Origin: an uncultured Candidatus Saccharibacteria bacterium
GTDB lineage: Bacteria; Patescibacteriota; WWE3; 2-01-FULL-39-13
Assembly: GCA_965230915.1 (NCBI GenBank)
Contig: OZ246395.1
Coordinates: forward strand, 536,935 to 600,934
Reading direction: 5' to 3'
DNA: 64,000 bases
Every line of letters starts with the position of its first letter. Position 1 is the stretch's first letter. Positions 9,118-18,910 of this stretch are shown here, piece by piece. A program made the translations under genes and the position numbers. Below the pieces are notes generated by a model that was not told the origin of the DNA, did not search any database, and was given only the letters and a program-made list of their open reading frames with translations.

Positions 9118-10095
9118 ATGAAAACACAAAACTTTTACAAAAAATTCGTAGAGCTCTCGTCGAAAACCGGTATTCCAGTTAAAAATATAATCGATCTATT
9201 TTTAATAATCGGCGATAAAACAGAAATAGATAACCTAGATTTATCAACCCTAACAGGACTTTCAAAAACTTCGATTTCATTAATAGAAAAGGAATTTTAT
9301 TCTTTATTCAAACCAAAATCTAATAAGACCTCTTTGACAGAAAATGGATATAGGGTTTACATGTATTTAAGAGACTTAATATCGAAGGATAAGCTAGGCG
9401 ATCTAAACTTTGCAAATTCTATAATCGAAAATTCACTCCATGAAAAATATTCAAATGACAGGCCAGCTGTTGAACGCGATTTAGACCAAATTCTAGCAAC
9501 ATCAGAAACTGTCCAAAAACGCTCATATTTAATGGATTTACTCGCCGATATAAGAGATAAACGAGTTTTATTTTTAGGCGACGATGACTTCACCTCAATA
9601 GAAGTTGCATCGCTAGGTACGGCAGAAAAAATTACTGTAATTGATATTGATACAAGAATATTAAACACCATAAAAAAAGTTTCTGACACAGAAAAGCTAA
9701 ATATCGAAACGATAAAGTACGACGCCAAAGAATCTATCGGGAAAGAATTGTATAGCAAGTACGATGTAGTTTTTACAGATCCACCCTACACAGCTGCAGG
9801 CTTTGAGCTATTTTTATCAAGAGCAATTGATGTTTTAGACAAAAATAATAAGTCAGCTCGAATTTACATATGTTTTGGACATAGCGATTTATCAAAAGAG
9901 AGATTTATTCCAATTATTAAAACAATCGCGGATTGTGGCCTTTCTATAAGATATACATTTAGCAAACTTAATAAATATAAGGGTGCTGAATCTATTGGAA
10001 GCAACTCAGACTTATATATCTGTGAAGTTACTTCTAAAACTACTCCTACAATAAAAGGAAAATACAAAGAGAATATTTATACCAATGAATATTAA
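9118..10095 (+). CDS. bpsA: N4-bis(aminopropyl)spermidine synthase family (BpsA/DUF43)
   Basis: DLDQILAT, FLGDDDFTSI, VIDIDTRI, VVFTDPPYT, FLSRA motifs of the BpsA C-terminal domain. Confidence 0.8.
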   Translation: MKTQNFYKKFVELSSKTGIPVKNIIDLFLIIGDKTEIDNLDLSTLTGLSKTSISLIEKEFYSLFKPKSNKTSLTENGYRVYMYLRDLISKDKLGDLNFANSIIENSLHEKYSNDRPAVERDLDQILATSETVQKRSYLMDLLADIRDKRVLFLGDDDFTSIEVASLGTAEKITVIDIDTRILNTIKKVSDTEKLNIETIKYDAKESIGKELYSKYDVVFTDPPYTAAGFELFLSRAIDVLDKNNKSARIYICFGHSDLSKERFIPIIKTIADCGLSIRYTFSKLNKYKGAESIGSNSDLYICEVTSKTTPTIKGKYKENIYTNEY

Positions 10096-10445
10096 TAATC
10101 TAGGACTTTAGTCTTAATTTCTGCTTTAGGATATGCTTCTTTCAATAATTTTATAAGGACTTCTAGGTCTGCTTCCGGAGAACAAGTTATAAGATCAAAA
10201 TGAACAAATTCATATTCCGGCCATGTATGGATAGCCAAATGCGATGCCGATAAAATATATACTATAGACAGTCCTCCTCCTGGAAATTCATGAAAACCAT
10301 CTTTAATGACTGTAACGTCAATTTTAGCCAATATATCTCTAAAAACCGCATCAATTGCTTCATATTTAAGTTCGTCTGCAGTAAGGTGATCGATTTCACC
10401 CACCAGATGTACATAAAATGGTCTATTCTCTGTATTCATGGGCAT
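10092..10445 (-). CDS. speD: pyruvoyl-dependent S-adenosylmethionine decarboxylase proenzyme (class 1b)
   Basis: HEFPGGGLS, LSASHLAIHTWPEY, FDLITCS; start probably at 10445 or 10439. Confidence 0.85.
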   Translation of the reverse strand: MPMNTENRPFYVHLVGEIDHLTADELKYEAIDAVFRDILAKIDVTVIKDGFHEFPGGGLSIVYILSASHLAIHTWPEYEFVHFDLITCSPEADLEVLIKLLKEAYPKAEIKTKVLDY

Positions 10446-10480
10446 TATATTATGGGTTATACTGGGGAAAGTCAAACGAA

Positions 10481-11863
10481 CTAGTTCGGCGTAATCCCTG
10501 AGTCGTCTTCATCAAATGAGTCGTAATATGGCTGACTTGTATCTGGTCCTCCAAATCCTGACGAATCTTCTTCCATCATGCCTTCGTATTGATACTGTTG
10601 CATCATGGCTTTTGTATATTCTTCAATAATAACTTCTATAGGAGTTGCATTTTCGGGTTCTGCAACCTGAAAATCTTCGTTAAATCTTGAAGCATTAATA
10701 ACCGACGCAACATCTACATATTCGTCTTGAGAACCAGCTGCTTGAGTATAGACATTAGGAAAGTATTGAATTGTGCTTGCTCCTAAAACCTGTGAAGGCA
10801 CGCTAATATCATCTGTACGCATTCTAAATGAAATCATAGATCGAACTGTATGCATTGTGTCTTTTGCTATGTAAGTATTAATTTTTAAGTTTTCAAATGT
10901 TTGGGAATATCCCGAAGTCATCGCTAAATCTTCGGTGTATGATTCTGGGTCAACCGCTTTGGCGATTTCGTTAACAAAGTCTTTGTATTCCTGGCTCGTT
11001 AGCTCAAGCGACATTTTATAAACAGGTGTTCCATCCAAATCTTCTTCGGTAACAACGATTTTATCAATTACATCTGAGTTCAAAAGAGCGGCTTTTACTT
11101 TTTCGTATGTGTCATCGTCACGGCCATCTTTGTCTTCTTCGAGTAAACTGCGCGCGTCTGATTCTAAACTCTTTAATTCATAAGAAATCCATTTATTCAT
11201 TAATATATCTAGAGACATTCCGGTTCCTGAAGCAAGACCCTTAATAACCGCTGGAATTTCATTTATCTTAAAAAATAATGTGTCATTAACAGCTACAAAA
11301 TTTGCGTCAAACTCTGGTGACATCTGAAAATGAATTTCTGCTTCTGGGTTATTTTCATCATGAAAATCTATTGGGCCTGTTATTTTTAAGTCAAAATTGT
11401 TACCAAGACCAGGAATTGCTTCCGGGCCGTTTCCATTAAAAGCAATTGAAGCATCAATGTAAGCACTCTTTAAATCTTTTTGAGCGTCCATTGATTTATA
11501 AATCAAAAACTCTGCTGTTTTTGGGGTATAAGGTAGTTCCTGAACGGCAAAGGAAATTTTTCTTTGCAATTCGTCATTATTAATATCTACCTTTCCGTAT
11601 GCAACTAAGGCTGCAAACGCAGTTGATCCGACTAGTAAAATTAAAATTATAAAAAGTGACAATAAAAGAATAAGTGGACCTTTTGATTTATGCGGAACAT
11701 TTATGTTTTCTACAACCTCTGAATTAGTTGGAGTCGTTGGTGGAACTTGTGAAAAAGATGGGATTGAACTTGGTGAACTGGTAGATGATTCAACTGGATT
11801 TATTTTATCCATAGGATCTACAGGAATATTTGCAGGTTGGTCAGGGTTTAATGATGTATCCAT
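10481..11863 (-). CDS. single-TM surface protein, unknown function
   Basis: Pro/Ser-rich N-terminus, one TM, large acidic ectodomain. Confidence 0.75.
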   Translation of the reverse strand: MDTSLNPDQPANIPVDPMDKINPVESSTSSPSSIPSFSQVPPTTPTNSEVVENINVPHKSKGPLILLLSLFIILILLVGSTAFAALVAYGKVDINNDELQRKISFAVQELPYTPKTAEFLIYKSMDAQKDLKSAYIDASIAFNGNGPEAIPGLGNNFDLKITGPIDFHDENNPEAEIHFQMSPEFDANFVAVNDTLFFKINEIPAVIKGLASGTGMSLDILMNKWISYELKSLESDARSLLEEDKDGRDDDTYEKVKAALLNSDVIDKIVVTEEDLDGTPVYKMSLELTSQEYKDFVNEIAKAVDPESYTEDLAMTSGYSQTFENLKINTYIAKDTMHTVRSMISFRMRTDDISVPSQVLGASTIQYFPNVYTQAAGSQDEYVDVASVINASRFNEDFQVAEPENATPIEVIIEEYTKAMMQQYQYEGMMEEDSSGFGGPDTSQPYYDSFDEDDSGITPN

Positions 11864-11916
11864 TTAAATCGGAATCTAGCCTTTTATGTAAGACCTAAGA
11901 ATATTATAATATTAAA

Positions 11917-12342
11917 ATGATACAAACTTCAATAAACTCTTTAGAAGAGCTGAGTGAATTTGCTAAAAGGCTAATTAATGAAATAAAACCCGGTAGTGTT
12001 ACATTCTTAAATGGAGAAATGGGCGCAGGAAAAACCACATTCGTTCAAGCGTTTGCAAAGGAATTAGGCTTAAAATCAACTATTAAATCACCGACTTTTG
12101 TAATTCATAATGAATATGATGATGTTGTCCACCACATTGATTTGTATCGCTTAAATAATAAATCTGAAATCAAAGAATTAAAATTGTCATCGATAAAAGA
12201 TGATTCTTATGTCTTTATAGAATGGGCCAGCAAATTTAACGAAGAATTAATCGAAATGTTTAAAGAAAAGCATAAATATGAAATTGAAATCGAGGTTACA
12301 GGCGAAAATTCCCGCCAAGTTATTTTTAGAGAAATAGAATGA
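11917..12342 (+). CDS. tsaE: t6A biosynthesis ATPase TsaE
   Basis: GEMGAGKTT, SPTF, HIDLYRL, IEW. Confidence 0.95.
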   Translation: MIQTSINSLEELSEFAKRLINEIKPGSVTFLNGEMGAGKTTFVQAFAKELGLKSTIKSPTFVIHNEYDDVVHHIDLYRLNNKSEIKELKLSSIKDDSYVFIEWASKFNEELIEMFKEKHKYEIEIEVTGENSRQVIFREIE

Positions 12343-13436
12343 AAATACTGGCAATAGACACAAGCTGTGATGATACATCAGTTGCAATAAGTGAAGATAA
12401 GAAAATCCTAGCCAATGAATTTTGGTCAAAGTTAAAACTTCACAATGAATTTGGAGGAGTTGTTCCAATAGAAGCCAAGAGACAGCATGAAGAATTCTTG
12501 CCTTTGGTGATCGATAAAGCTATTAAAGAGGCTGGCATCACATTTGAAGAATTAGATGCGATAGCGGTTACTTATGGACCTGGGCTCGCTATTGCACTTG
12601 AACCTGGTATCGCGAAAGCAAAGGAGCTTTGTAAAAAATACCAATTACCACTTATTCCTGTTAATCATATGGTCGGCCATATATATGCCAATTTGGCTCA
12701 AGATATGGAAGAAAAGTCTTTATCTTTGCTTGATGAGTTTGAATTTCCGGCTCTAGCTCTAACAATTTCGGGCGGACATACTGATTTATATTTGATGGAG
12801 TCCCATTTAAAATTTGAACACATCGGTCAAACTTTAGATGATTCGATAGGGGAAGCATTTGACAAAGTCGGCAGAACTTTAGGGTTTGGATTTCCCGCAG
12901 GAAAATTAATAGAAGAACGCGCAGCTTTGGGCAATGAAAATGCTTTTGCCTTCCCTCGCCCACTTTCAAATAGCAACGATTTTAACTGGAGTTATTCCGG
13001 ATTAAAAACTGCTGTTTTATATCAGATTAAAAAACTAACTGGTGAATATCATTCAAAACCGGGTAAAGGAACTTATAAATTAGAAGATGAAGCTTCCAAA
13101 TTATCAGGAGATGTCATTAATGACTTAGCAGCTTCATTTCAAAAAGCCGCCGTTGATTCACTAATTATAAAAATAAAAAAGGCTGTAAAACAATTACAAC
13201 CAAAGATGTTAATTGTTGGCGGAGGAGTTATTGCAAATACAGTTATTCGCACTGAACTTGAGAAACTTGCCGTAGAAAATGAAATTCAAATAACTTATCC
13301 AAAACCAATGTGGCTCTGTACAGATAATGCAGCAATGATTGCTATGGCTGCTTTTTATATGGCTAAAACTTTAGAAGATAAAGCCTACCATAATGATTTG
13401 GAAACTTTGGATAGAGTTCCCAATTTGGAAATTTGA
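12339..13436 (+). CDS. tsaD: tRNA N6-adenosine threonylcarbamoyltransferase TsaD
   Basis: IDTSCDDT, GPGL, NHMVGH, SGGHT, GEAFDK, SYSGLKT, TDNAAMI. Confidence 0.96.
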   Translation: MKILAIDTSCDDTSVAISEDKKILANEFWSKLKLHNEFGGVVPIEAKRQHEEFLPLVIDKAIKEAGITFEELDAIAVTYGPGLAIALEPGIAKAKELCKKYQLPLIPVNHMVGHIYANLAQDMEEKSLSLLDEFEFPALALTISGGHTDLYLMESHLKFEHIGQTLDDSIGEAFDKVGRTLGFGFPAGKLIEERAALGNENAFAFPRPLSNSNDFNWSYSGLKTAVLYQIKKLTGEYHSKPGKGTYKLEDEASKLSGDVINDLAASFQKAAVDSLIIKIKKAVKQLQPKMLIVGGGVIANTVIRTELEKLAVENEIQITYPKPMWLCTDNAAMIAMAAFYMAKTLEDKAYHNDLETLDRVPNLEI

Positions 13437-13442
13437 AAAAAG

Positions 13443-13479
13443 GGTCGGAAACATATCTTTTGAGATATAGTTCCCGACC
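13443..13479 (-). terminator. long hairpin/terminator between tsaD and an orphan gene
   Basis: GGTCGGAAAC-ATATCT/AGATAT-TTCCCGACC with an A-tract on the left (U-tract on the minus strand). Confidence 0.7.
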
Positions 13480-13485
13480 TTCTGC

Positions 13486-13770
13486 TTACCAACCATCTTC
13501 AGCCACATCACCAATTTTGTAATCAACCCATGAGTTGAATCTTTCAGTATCAGGCGGGCACGTGTTCATTGGTTTGGCTGGATGTCGCCTATAGGAATGA
13601 ATCGTGTGCGAGTCAGTATTTCGACAGTATATATTTGGAATGTAGGGCTCTACAATGTAGCCCACACCCAAATATATGGCAACAAATAGAATCGCTAATC
13701 CACAGCCTTTTGCTATGGCTATGAAATTCAACACAAACATTGCGTGTCGCTTCTTAAGCCTAACTTTCAC
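13486..13770 (-). CDS. orphan membrane-anchored protein
   Basis: GAAAGG SD, GTG start, one TM, Cys pair. Confidence 0.6.
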   Translation of the reverse strand: MKVRLKKRHAMFVLNFIAIAKGCGLAILFVAIYLGVGYIVEPYIPNIYCRNTDSHTIHSYRRHPAKPMNTCPPDTERFNSWVDYKIGDVAEDGW

Positions 13771-13818
13771 ATTTATGCCTTTCTAAAGATAATTCGAAAG
13801 CTGAGAAGATTATACAGG

Positions 13819-15555
13819 CTACCAGCTACCGCCTCCACCGCCGCCTCCGCCACCACCAGAAAATCCACCACCGCCGCTAAATCCAGAAGAGTGACCGGTG
13901 CTGCTTGTAGTCGGGGTTGGTGTGTAATTAGTGGCTACAGTGCTTAAATTTCTGTCGAGCGAATCCATTAAACCCAAGGTAGTAAAGTTATTCATATTAG
14001 AAGACTGATACCAATCAGGCGTGTAATTATATAAGTCTTCGAATTTTTTGGCCCAAACTTTAGCAACTCCAAATGCGATTGCATACGGCAAAAGTTTTTC
14101 GAAAAGATAAAAGTTCTTTTCTTGAAATTCAAATTGGCGATCTTGCGAGACTAAAAATTGCTTTAACCCTAGCGCATGTCGTTTGACTTCAACTCCCAGC
14201 TTAGTTTTTCGGGGCATAACAAATGAAAATATTATTGTGACAATGCCTGGAATCACAAATCCTATAAAACATAATGCAATTCCAATTCCTAAAAATTTAG
14301 CTTTTGTATTTTGTGGATTTGCATCAAAATAACCTTGATTTGTCATTTTTTTGTACAAATCGCTTTGCATTTGCATAATTTTTCTGGCAACTGAATCTCT
14401 GTTTGATCTGTCAGATAAATTTACGGAGTCATTAATATTAAGTTCTAAAGCTTCTATCAAGTCTTTTTGGTGTGGTTTTAGAGAACTCAATGAAAGATCC
14501 TCGATTAATTTCGGACCTCTTGAAATTGTGACCTTCTTTTTTTCTTCGGTTATCACTAAATACTTGTGTGTAGCCAAGTGAACAATTTCTGCAGACATAT
14601 CTTTAGAATCTATACTTTCATCTACAATTAGCCCCATTTCGATCGGTGTCATTTCTTTTTGGTCAGTATCTTTTGGAGCATCGTACATTCGAACAATAGC
14701 TCGATCGTCTTTCGGATCACGACCCTTAAAGAACCACCAGGCAACCATACCTAAGGCTAAAATTGGATTTAAGAGAAAAATTATAGAAGTTATAAGCGTA
14801 ACCCAAAAAGTTTCAGTTTCCGATGGACCAGTATATGCGTTATAAGGAACTGGCTCGTTTACTGCTAGCGTTCCTTTCGGAAGTGAAACTGCAAAAGTTA
14901 ATCCTTCTGATGGAGCAAGCGCCCGACTTGAATTAATGGTTATAATATTATTTTTCCCGATAGCAACAGTGCAGTTCTTAGTTTTCGATCCTTCAATGCC
15001 GGCGAAGCAAATAAAATCACTGTTTTTGAAGGTAATGTCTTTGAACTCTGAAAGATCAAGAGTAGTCGAAGCTTTTAAAATTGGAACTTCCCAACCCGTT
15101 CCGATTGAGTCCCAATATAATTCATCGTGATCTGAATAATAGGTTGCAGCACCTTTTACTGTATAAGCAATTTGATATCCTACTTTTCCGGTAACAGTTT
15201 TATTAGGATCCCCTATTTTTATTACTAAATCTCCACCTTGAGTAGATTCACTATATGGAACATAAATATTGCTACCGGTTTTCACACTATCAACGCTGAC
15301 ATCCATTGCATAATTCTTGCCGTCTTTATTTGTGGTTAGAAATGGAATTTTACGAAAAATCCCATGGCGTGGCGTTGCACCAAAGTCATAAACAATCGTT
15401 TCAACGATTCGAAGATCAGAACTGGGGCTTAATTTTATGTAAGTTTTATAATCGGTAATCTGCTCAGCTAGAGCTTTTTGAGGAGTAACCAGAGCTAAAA
15501 GGCCTAATATTGCAAAACTTAGCCCAAGAATAGTTATTTTTAGCCTTTTAAGCAT
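13819..15555 (-). CDS. DUF2207 family membrane protein
   Basis: Signal peptide; ETIVYDF, HGIFRKIP, DELYW, LPYAIAFG; C-terminal GGGFSGGGGGGGGGGSW. Confidence 0.92.
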   Translation of the reverse strand: MLKRLKITILGLSFAILGLLALVTPQKALAEQITDYKTYIKLSPSSDLRIVETIVYDFGATPRHGIFRKIPFLTTNKDGKNYAMDVSVDSVKTGSNIYVPYSESTQGGDLVIKIGDPNKTVTGKVGYQIAYTVKGAATYYSDHDELYWDSIGTGWEVPILKASTTLDLSEFKDITFKNSDFICFAGIEGSKTKNCTVAIGKNNIITINSSRALAPSEGLTFAVSLPKGTLAVNEPVPYNAYTGPSETETFWVTLITSIIFLLNPILALGMVAWWFFKGRDPKDDRAIVRMYDAPKDTDQKEMTPIEMGLIVDESIDSKDMSAEIVHLATHKYLVITEEKKKVTISRGPKLIEDLSLSSLKPHQKDLIEALELNINDSVNLSDRSNRDSVARKIMQMQSDLYKKMTNQGYFDANPQNTKAKFLGIGIALCFIGFVIPGIVTIIFSFVMPRKTKLGVEVKRHALGLKQFLVSQDRQFEFQEKNFYLFEKLLPYAIAFGVAKVWAKKFEDLYNYTPDWYQSSNMNNFTTLGLMDSLDRNLSTVATNYTPTPTTSSTGHSSGFSGGGGFSGGGGGGGGGGSW

Positions 15556-15656
15556 ACTTAAACGATTATACTATTAATTTATCTATAAGTGCTTTTAGGC
15601 TATAATTAGCACAGTTCTTTTTGACAACCGGCCTCTTTTGGCCGTTTTTACCTCAT

Positions 15657-15734
15657 GGTGGACTTAGCTCAATTGGTTAGAGCATCGCTCTGTGGAAGCG
15701 AAGGTTGTGGGTTCAATTCCCATAGTCCACCCCA
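15657..15734 (+). tRNA. tRNA-His(GTG) with encoded G-1 and CCA
   Basis: Cloverleaf; anticodon arm TCGCT-CTGTGGA-AGCGA; T loop GTTCAATT; 3' CCCA. Confidence 0.95.
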
Positions 15735-15787
15735 TAAAAAACCCTTATTTCACATCCAATTCTAAATATGAAAGCTAATTGGCAATA

Positions 15788-16495
15788 CTACCCCTTACTC
15801 ATTGAAAAGGATATATATATTTTCTCGATTTCCTGAGTATCTTTTATAGAAATCTCTTTTAGATCGGCAATTCCATTTATGCGATAAGGATCATCTTCAT
15901 TTAATAAATCGTAGATTTCTTTATCGCCTAACGGACTATTTTTATATAGAGCATTTAATGCGTCTTGTTCCGACGGATTTGACCTATCTAAAGCTTCGCC
16001 AACAATACAGCGGGAATCCATTGATACGGCTGAATATGTACTTGTATCTATATAGCAATATGTTTCACCGTTATAAATATATACACTGGCGTAATCAACA
16101 TTAGATCCATTATCCTTCGCAGACTGAGTCACTCGATCCTTTAAAGTTTCTATATTAAGTTTAGATGCTTTAATACTACCTTCTAACTGATTTGCTGTTT
16201 GACTGAGTCTATTTGATTCTTCTATGCTAAAAGCTGAATTTCGACTTTTATAAACAGTATCTAATTGCTTATTAAGCTCATAATACTTAATAATTTCAGA
16301 TTTCAAATCATCGATATGCTCAGATGACTCCATTGATTCTTTTGCTGTGAAATATTTTCTATATTGACGGTTGCTATTGTATTCCCAAAGAAAAAACATT
16401 AAACCTGCCACAATAGCAAATACACATAAAAACATTACCCAAAATTTCGCGCCTAAATCTATAGAAATAGGCTCATTAAAGTTTGTTTTTTCCAT
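15788..16495 (-). CDS. hypothetical TM-anchored coiled-coil protein
   Basis: 235-aa ORF with N-terminal TM. Confidence 0.65.
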   Translation of the reverse strand: MEKTNFNEPISIDLGAKFWVMFLCVFAIVAGLMFFLWEYNSNRQYRKYFTAKESMESSEHIDDLKSEIIKYYELNKQLDTVYKSRNSAFSIEESNRLSQTANQLEGSIKASKLNIETLKDRVTQSAKDNGSNVDYASVYIYNGETYCYIDTSTYSAVSMDSRCIVGEALDRSNPSEQDALNALYKNSPLGDKEIYDLLNEDDPYRINGIADLKEISIKDTQEIEKIYISFSMSKG

Positions 16496-16497
16496 TT

Positions 16498-16761
16498 TTA
16501 GTTTTTATTTCGGGCGATTTCTTCAGTTGAAGAAGCAATTCTGCTTAGATTGACCATAACATTGAGTAGAAATGCACCGGCAACTATACTCGCACACATT
16601 ACAGAAAATACAGCCAAAAATTGCTGAATTTCTACTGGGAATATGTCCCAATTGAACATCGTATCGGCTACTGTGAATGTAGTTACGAATATAAGAACAA
16701 CTATAGTGACTAAGGCAGAGGAAATTGTGAAGGATTCCACCCTTTTCATAGTTAATTTCAT
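16498..16761 (-). CDS. small 2-TM membrane protein
   Basis: Two hydrophobic segments; TATAAT 7 nt before ATG; 2 bp from the next gene. Confidence 0.65.
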   Translation of the reverse strand: MKLTMKRVESFTISSALVTIVVLIFVTTFTVADTMFNWDIFPVEIQQFLAVFSVMCASIVAGAFLLNVMVNLSRIASSTEEIARNKN

Positions 16762-17052
16762 GATGATGATTATAGGTATGGTCTATTACAAGTCAAATTT
16801 CTGTATTTTTTAATTTCACAGAATTCACATAAAGTCAAGCGAACTTAGACAAAAAGGCAAAGGTTTGAATAGGAAGCACCCCTTATTTGCATCAGAAATA
16901 TTAATTCTAAAACTAAGCCACCAGCACGAGTTGCATCGCATGATCTTACGGAAATACTATGAAAAAGTTTAGTTGCCTAAATGTTAAAAGAAAAGCCATA
17001 ACGCATGGCATAAAAATATAATAAATTAACGCGCTTTTTTGAATTAGAAATT

Positions 17053-17093
17053 ACTGGGCAAGTATTTGCGTTTTTTAGCATAACTTGCCCAGT
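17053..17093. terminator. long hairpin after small Cys-rich ORF
   Basis: ACTGGGCAAGT...ACTTGCCCAGT 11-bp perfect stem. Confidence 0.6.
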
Positions 17094-17115
17094 TTGTAGT
17101 GGATAGCACAATCGA

Positions 17116-17295
17116 CTAAATAATTCGGCTGCGCGTCCAATTATTGCCCACACCCAAGGGGCAGGCGTTGCAGACCCTTTGTGGGTCAGGGCACGTATAC
17201 CCCGCATTCGAAAAACACCTATCATTGGGTTTCAGATAAGTGGGTTGCCAAAAACCCGTAAGGAAGCTCGTAATAACTCCCCAGAGCCTTTTCAT
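17116..17295 (-). CDS. 59-aa Cys-rich orphan protein
   Basis: GAAAGAGGG SD before ATG 17295; C-x7-C-x6-C-x2-C; TTGATA-N16-TATAAT at 17362-17389. Confidence 0.5.
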   Translation of the reverse strand: MKRLWGVITSFLTGFWQPTYLKPNDRCFSNAGYTCPDPQRVCNACPLGVGNNWTRSRII

Positions 17296-17482
17296 ATTTC
17301 CCTCTTTCTTTATCAGCGCCATTGCTGAAATAGAACTCGCGCCATTGCGAATTCGGTTACGATTATATGCTGTTAATTGCGAATATCAAGCCCTATGTTC
17401 TGATCTTGTACTTTTCGCTCACGAGAAAAATTCCCGCATGCATATTCGGAAATAATGTTTTATATTGAGTATTAGATTTTAT

Positions 17483-18910
17483 ATGATATTCAGCTCACCT
17501 GTATTTTTATTTGTATTCTTACCTTTTGTATTAACGATTTATTTTTTTGTTCCACGATTTCTTAAAAATTCTTTTTTGCTTTTATCAAGTCTCGTTTTTT
17601 ATTTTTGGGATGAGCGTAAGTATGGTTTTGTAATGCTAGGTTCGATTTTAGCTAACTATTTTTTTGTTTATCTAATTAATCGGTTTAGAACAAATGAAAA
17701 ATATAAAAAGATAACTTTAGTCAGTGCATTAATTTTTAATATTGCATTACTAGTGTTTTTTAAATACTTGGGGTTTCTAGTTTCAAATTTAAGTTATGTT
17801 TTAAATATTCAGCCTGAGATTGTTCAGAAATCAACATCGATTCATTTAGTTGCCGGCATTTCTTTTTTTACTTTTCATGCAATTTCATATGTCGTCGATG
17901 TTTACCACAAAGAAAAACCACTAAAAAATATAGTTGATGTAAGTTTATATTTTGCATTCTTTCCACAGTTAATTGCCGGACCTATTATTAGATACCACAC
18001 CATTGTTGACCAACTAATCGAAAGAAAAGTTAATACAAGCATGTTTTATGACGGCGTAAATCGCTTTATACTTGGCCTTTCAAAAAAAGTAATAATTGCT
18101 GACACACTTGAAACTCTTGCCAGCGATATATTTTCTATCAACCCAATGTATTTAGACTCTAAAACCGCATGGATCGGAATAATTTGTTATACACTACAAC
18201 TTTATTTCGATTTTTCAGGATATTCAGATATCGCAATCGGTCTTGCAAAAATGTTTGGATTCACATTTATGGAAAACTTTAATTATCCATACATCTCGCA
18301 ATCTATTACTGAGTTTTGGAGACGTTGGCATATATCACTTTCATCATGGTTCCGCGACTATGTTTATATACCTTTGGGTGGAAACCGCAAAGGACAACTA
18401 AGAACAATAATAAATTTGTTTGCGATATTTTTATTATGTGGATTTTGGCATGGTGCGAGTTGGAACTTTATTGTATGGGGAATCTGGCACGGATATTTTT
18501 TAATGATTGAACGACTTTGGGTTGGCGACTTCTTAGAAAAATTATGGCGTCCTATTCGACATATATATGCACTTATAATAGTAATGATCGGATGGGTGTT
18601 TTTTAGAGCAGAAAACTTATCGCACGCAATGGATTATCTTGAAGCAATGTTTGGGTTAACAAATCTCGGCAACCTTGTACAATCATTTTATATAAGCAAA
18701 CTAGTTATCATAGCTTTTATAGCAGGGATAATATTTTCGTTTCCAATTCCACAAATTTTCACAAATCTCAAAACTAAATATATTAGGAACGAATATATTA
18801 ATTTAGCTGGAACTTTTCTATATTCTTCTGCTCTCTTATTGCTCTTAGTAATTGCAACTATGTTTTTAACAACAAGCACTTATCATCCATTTATTTATTT
18901 TAGATTTTGA
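17483..18910 (+). CDS. MBOAT O-acyltransferase (AlgI/PatA family)
   Basis: GISFFTFH, FFPQLIAGPI, DFSGYSD, ENFNYPY, FWRRWHISLS, GFWHGA, FIYFRF. Confidence 0.95.
   Translation: MIFSSPVFLFVFLPFVLTIYFFVPRFLKNSFLLLSSLVFYFWDERKYGFVMLGSILANYFFVYLINRFRTNEKYKKITLVSALIFNIALLVFFKYLGFLVSNLSYVLNIQPEIVQKSTSIHLVAGISFFTFHAISYVVDVYHKEKPLKNIVDVSLYFAFFPQLIAGPIIRYHTIVDQLIERKVNTSMFYDGVNRFILGLSKKVIIADTLETLASDIFSINPMYLDSKTAWIGIICYTLQLYFDFSGYSDIAIGLAKMFGFTFMENFNYPYISQSITEFWRRWHISLSSWFRDYVYIPLGGNRKGQLRTIINLFAIFLLCGFWHGASWNFIVWGIWHGYFLMIERLWVGDFLEKLWRPIRHIYALIIVMIGWVFFRAENLSHAMDYLEAMFGLTNLGNLVQSFYISKLVIIAFIAGIIFSFPIPQIFTNLKTKYIRNEYINLAGTFLYSSALLLLLVIATMFLTTSTYHPFIYFRF

Noticed and set aside
13819-13890. (CCA/CCG)n microsatellite-like tract
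   Set aside because: Encodes the normal poly-Gly C-terminus of DUF2207
15735-17460. Integrative island at tRNA-His
   Set aside because: No duplicated tRNA 3' end or integrase found by eye
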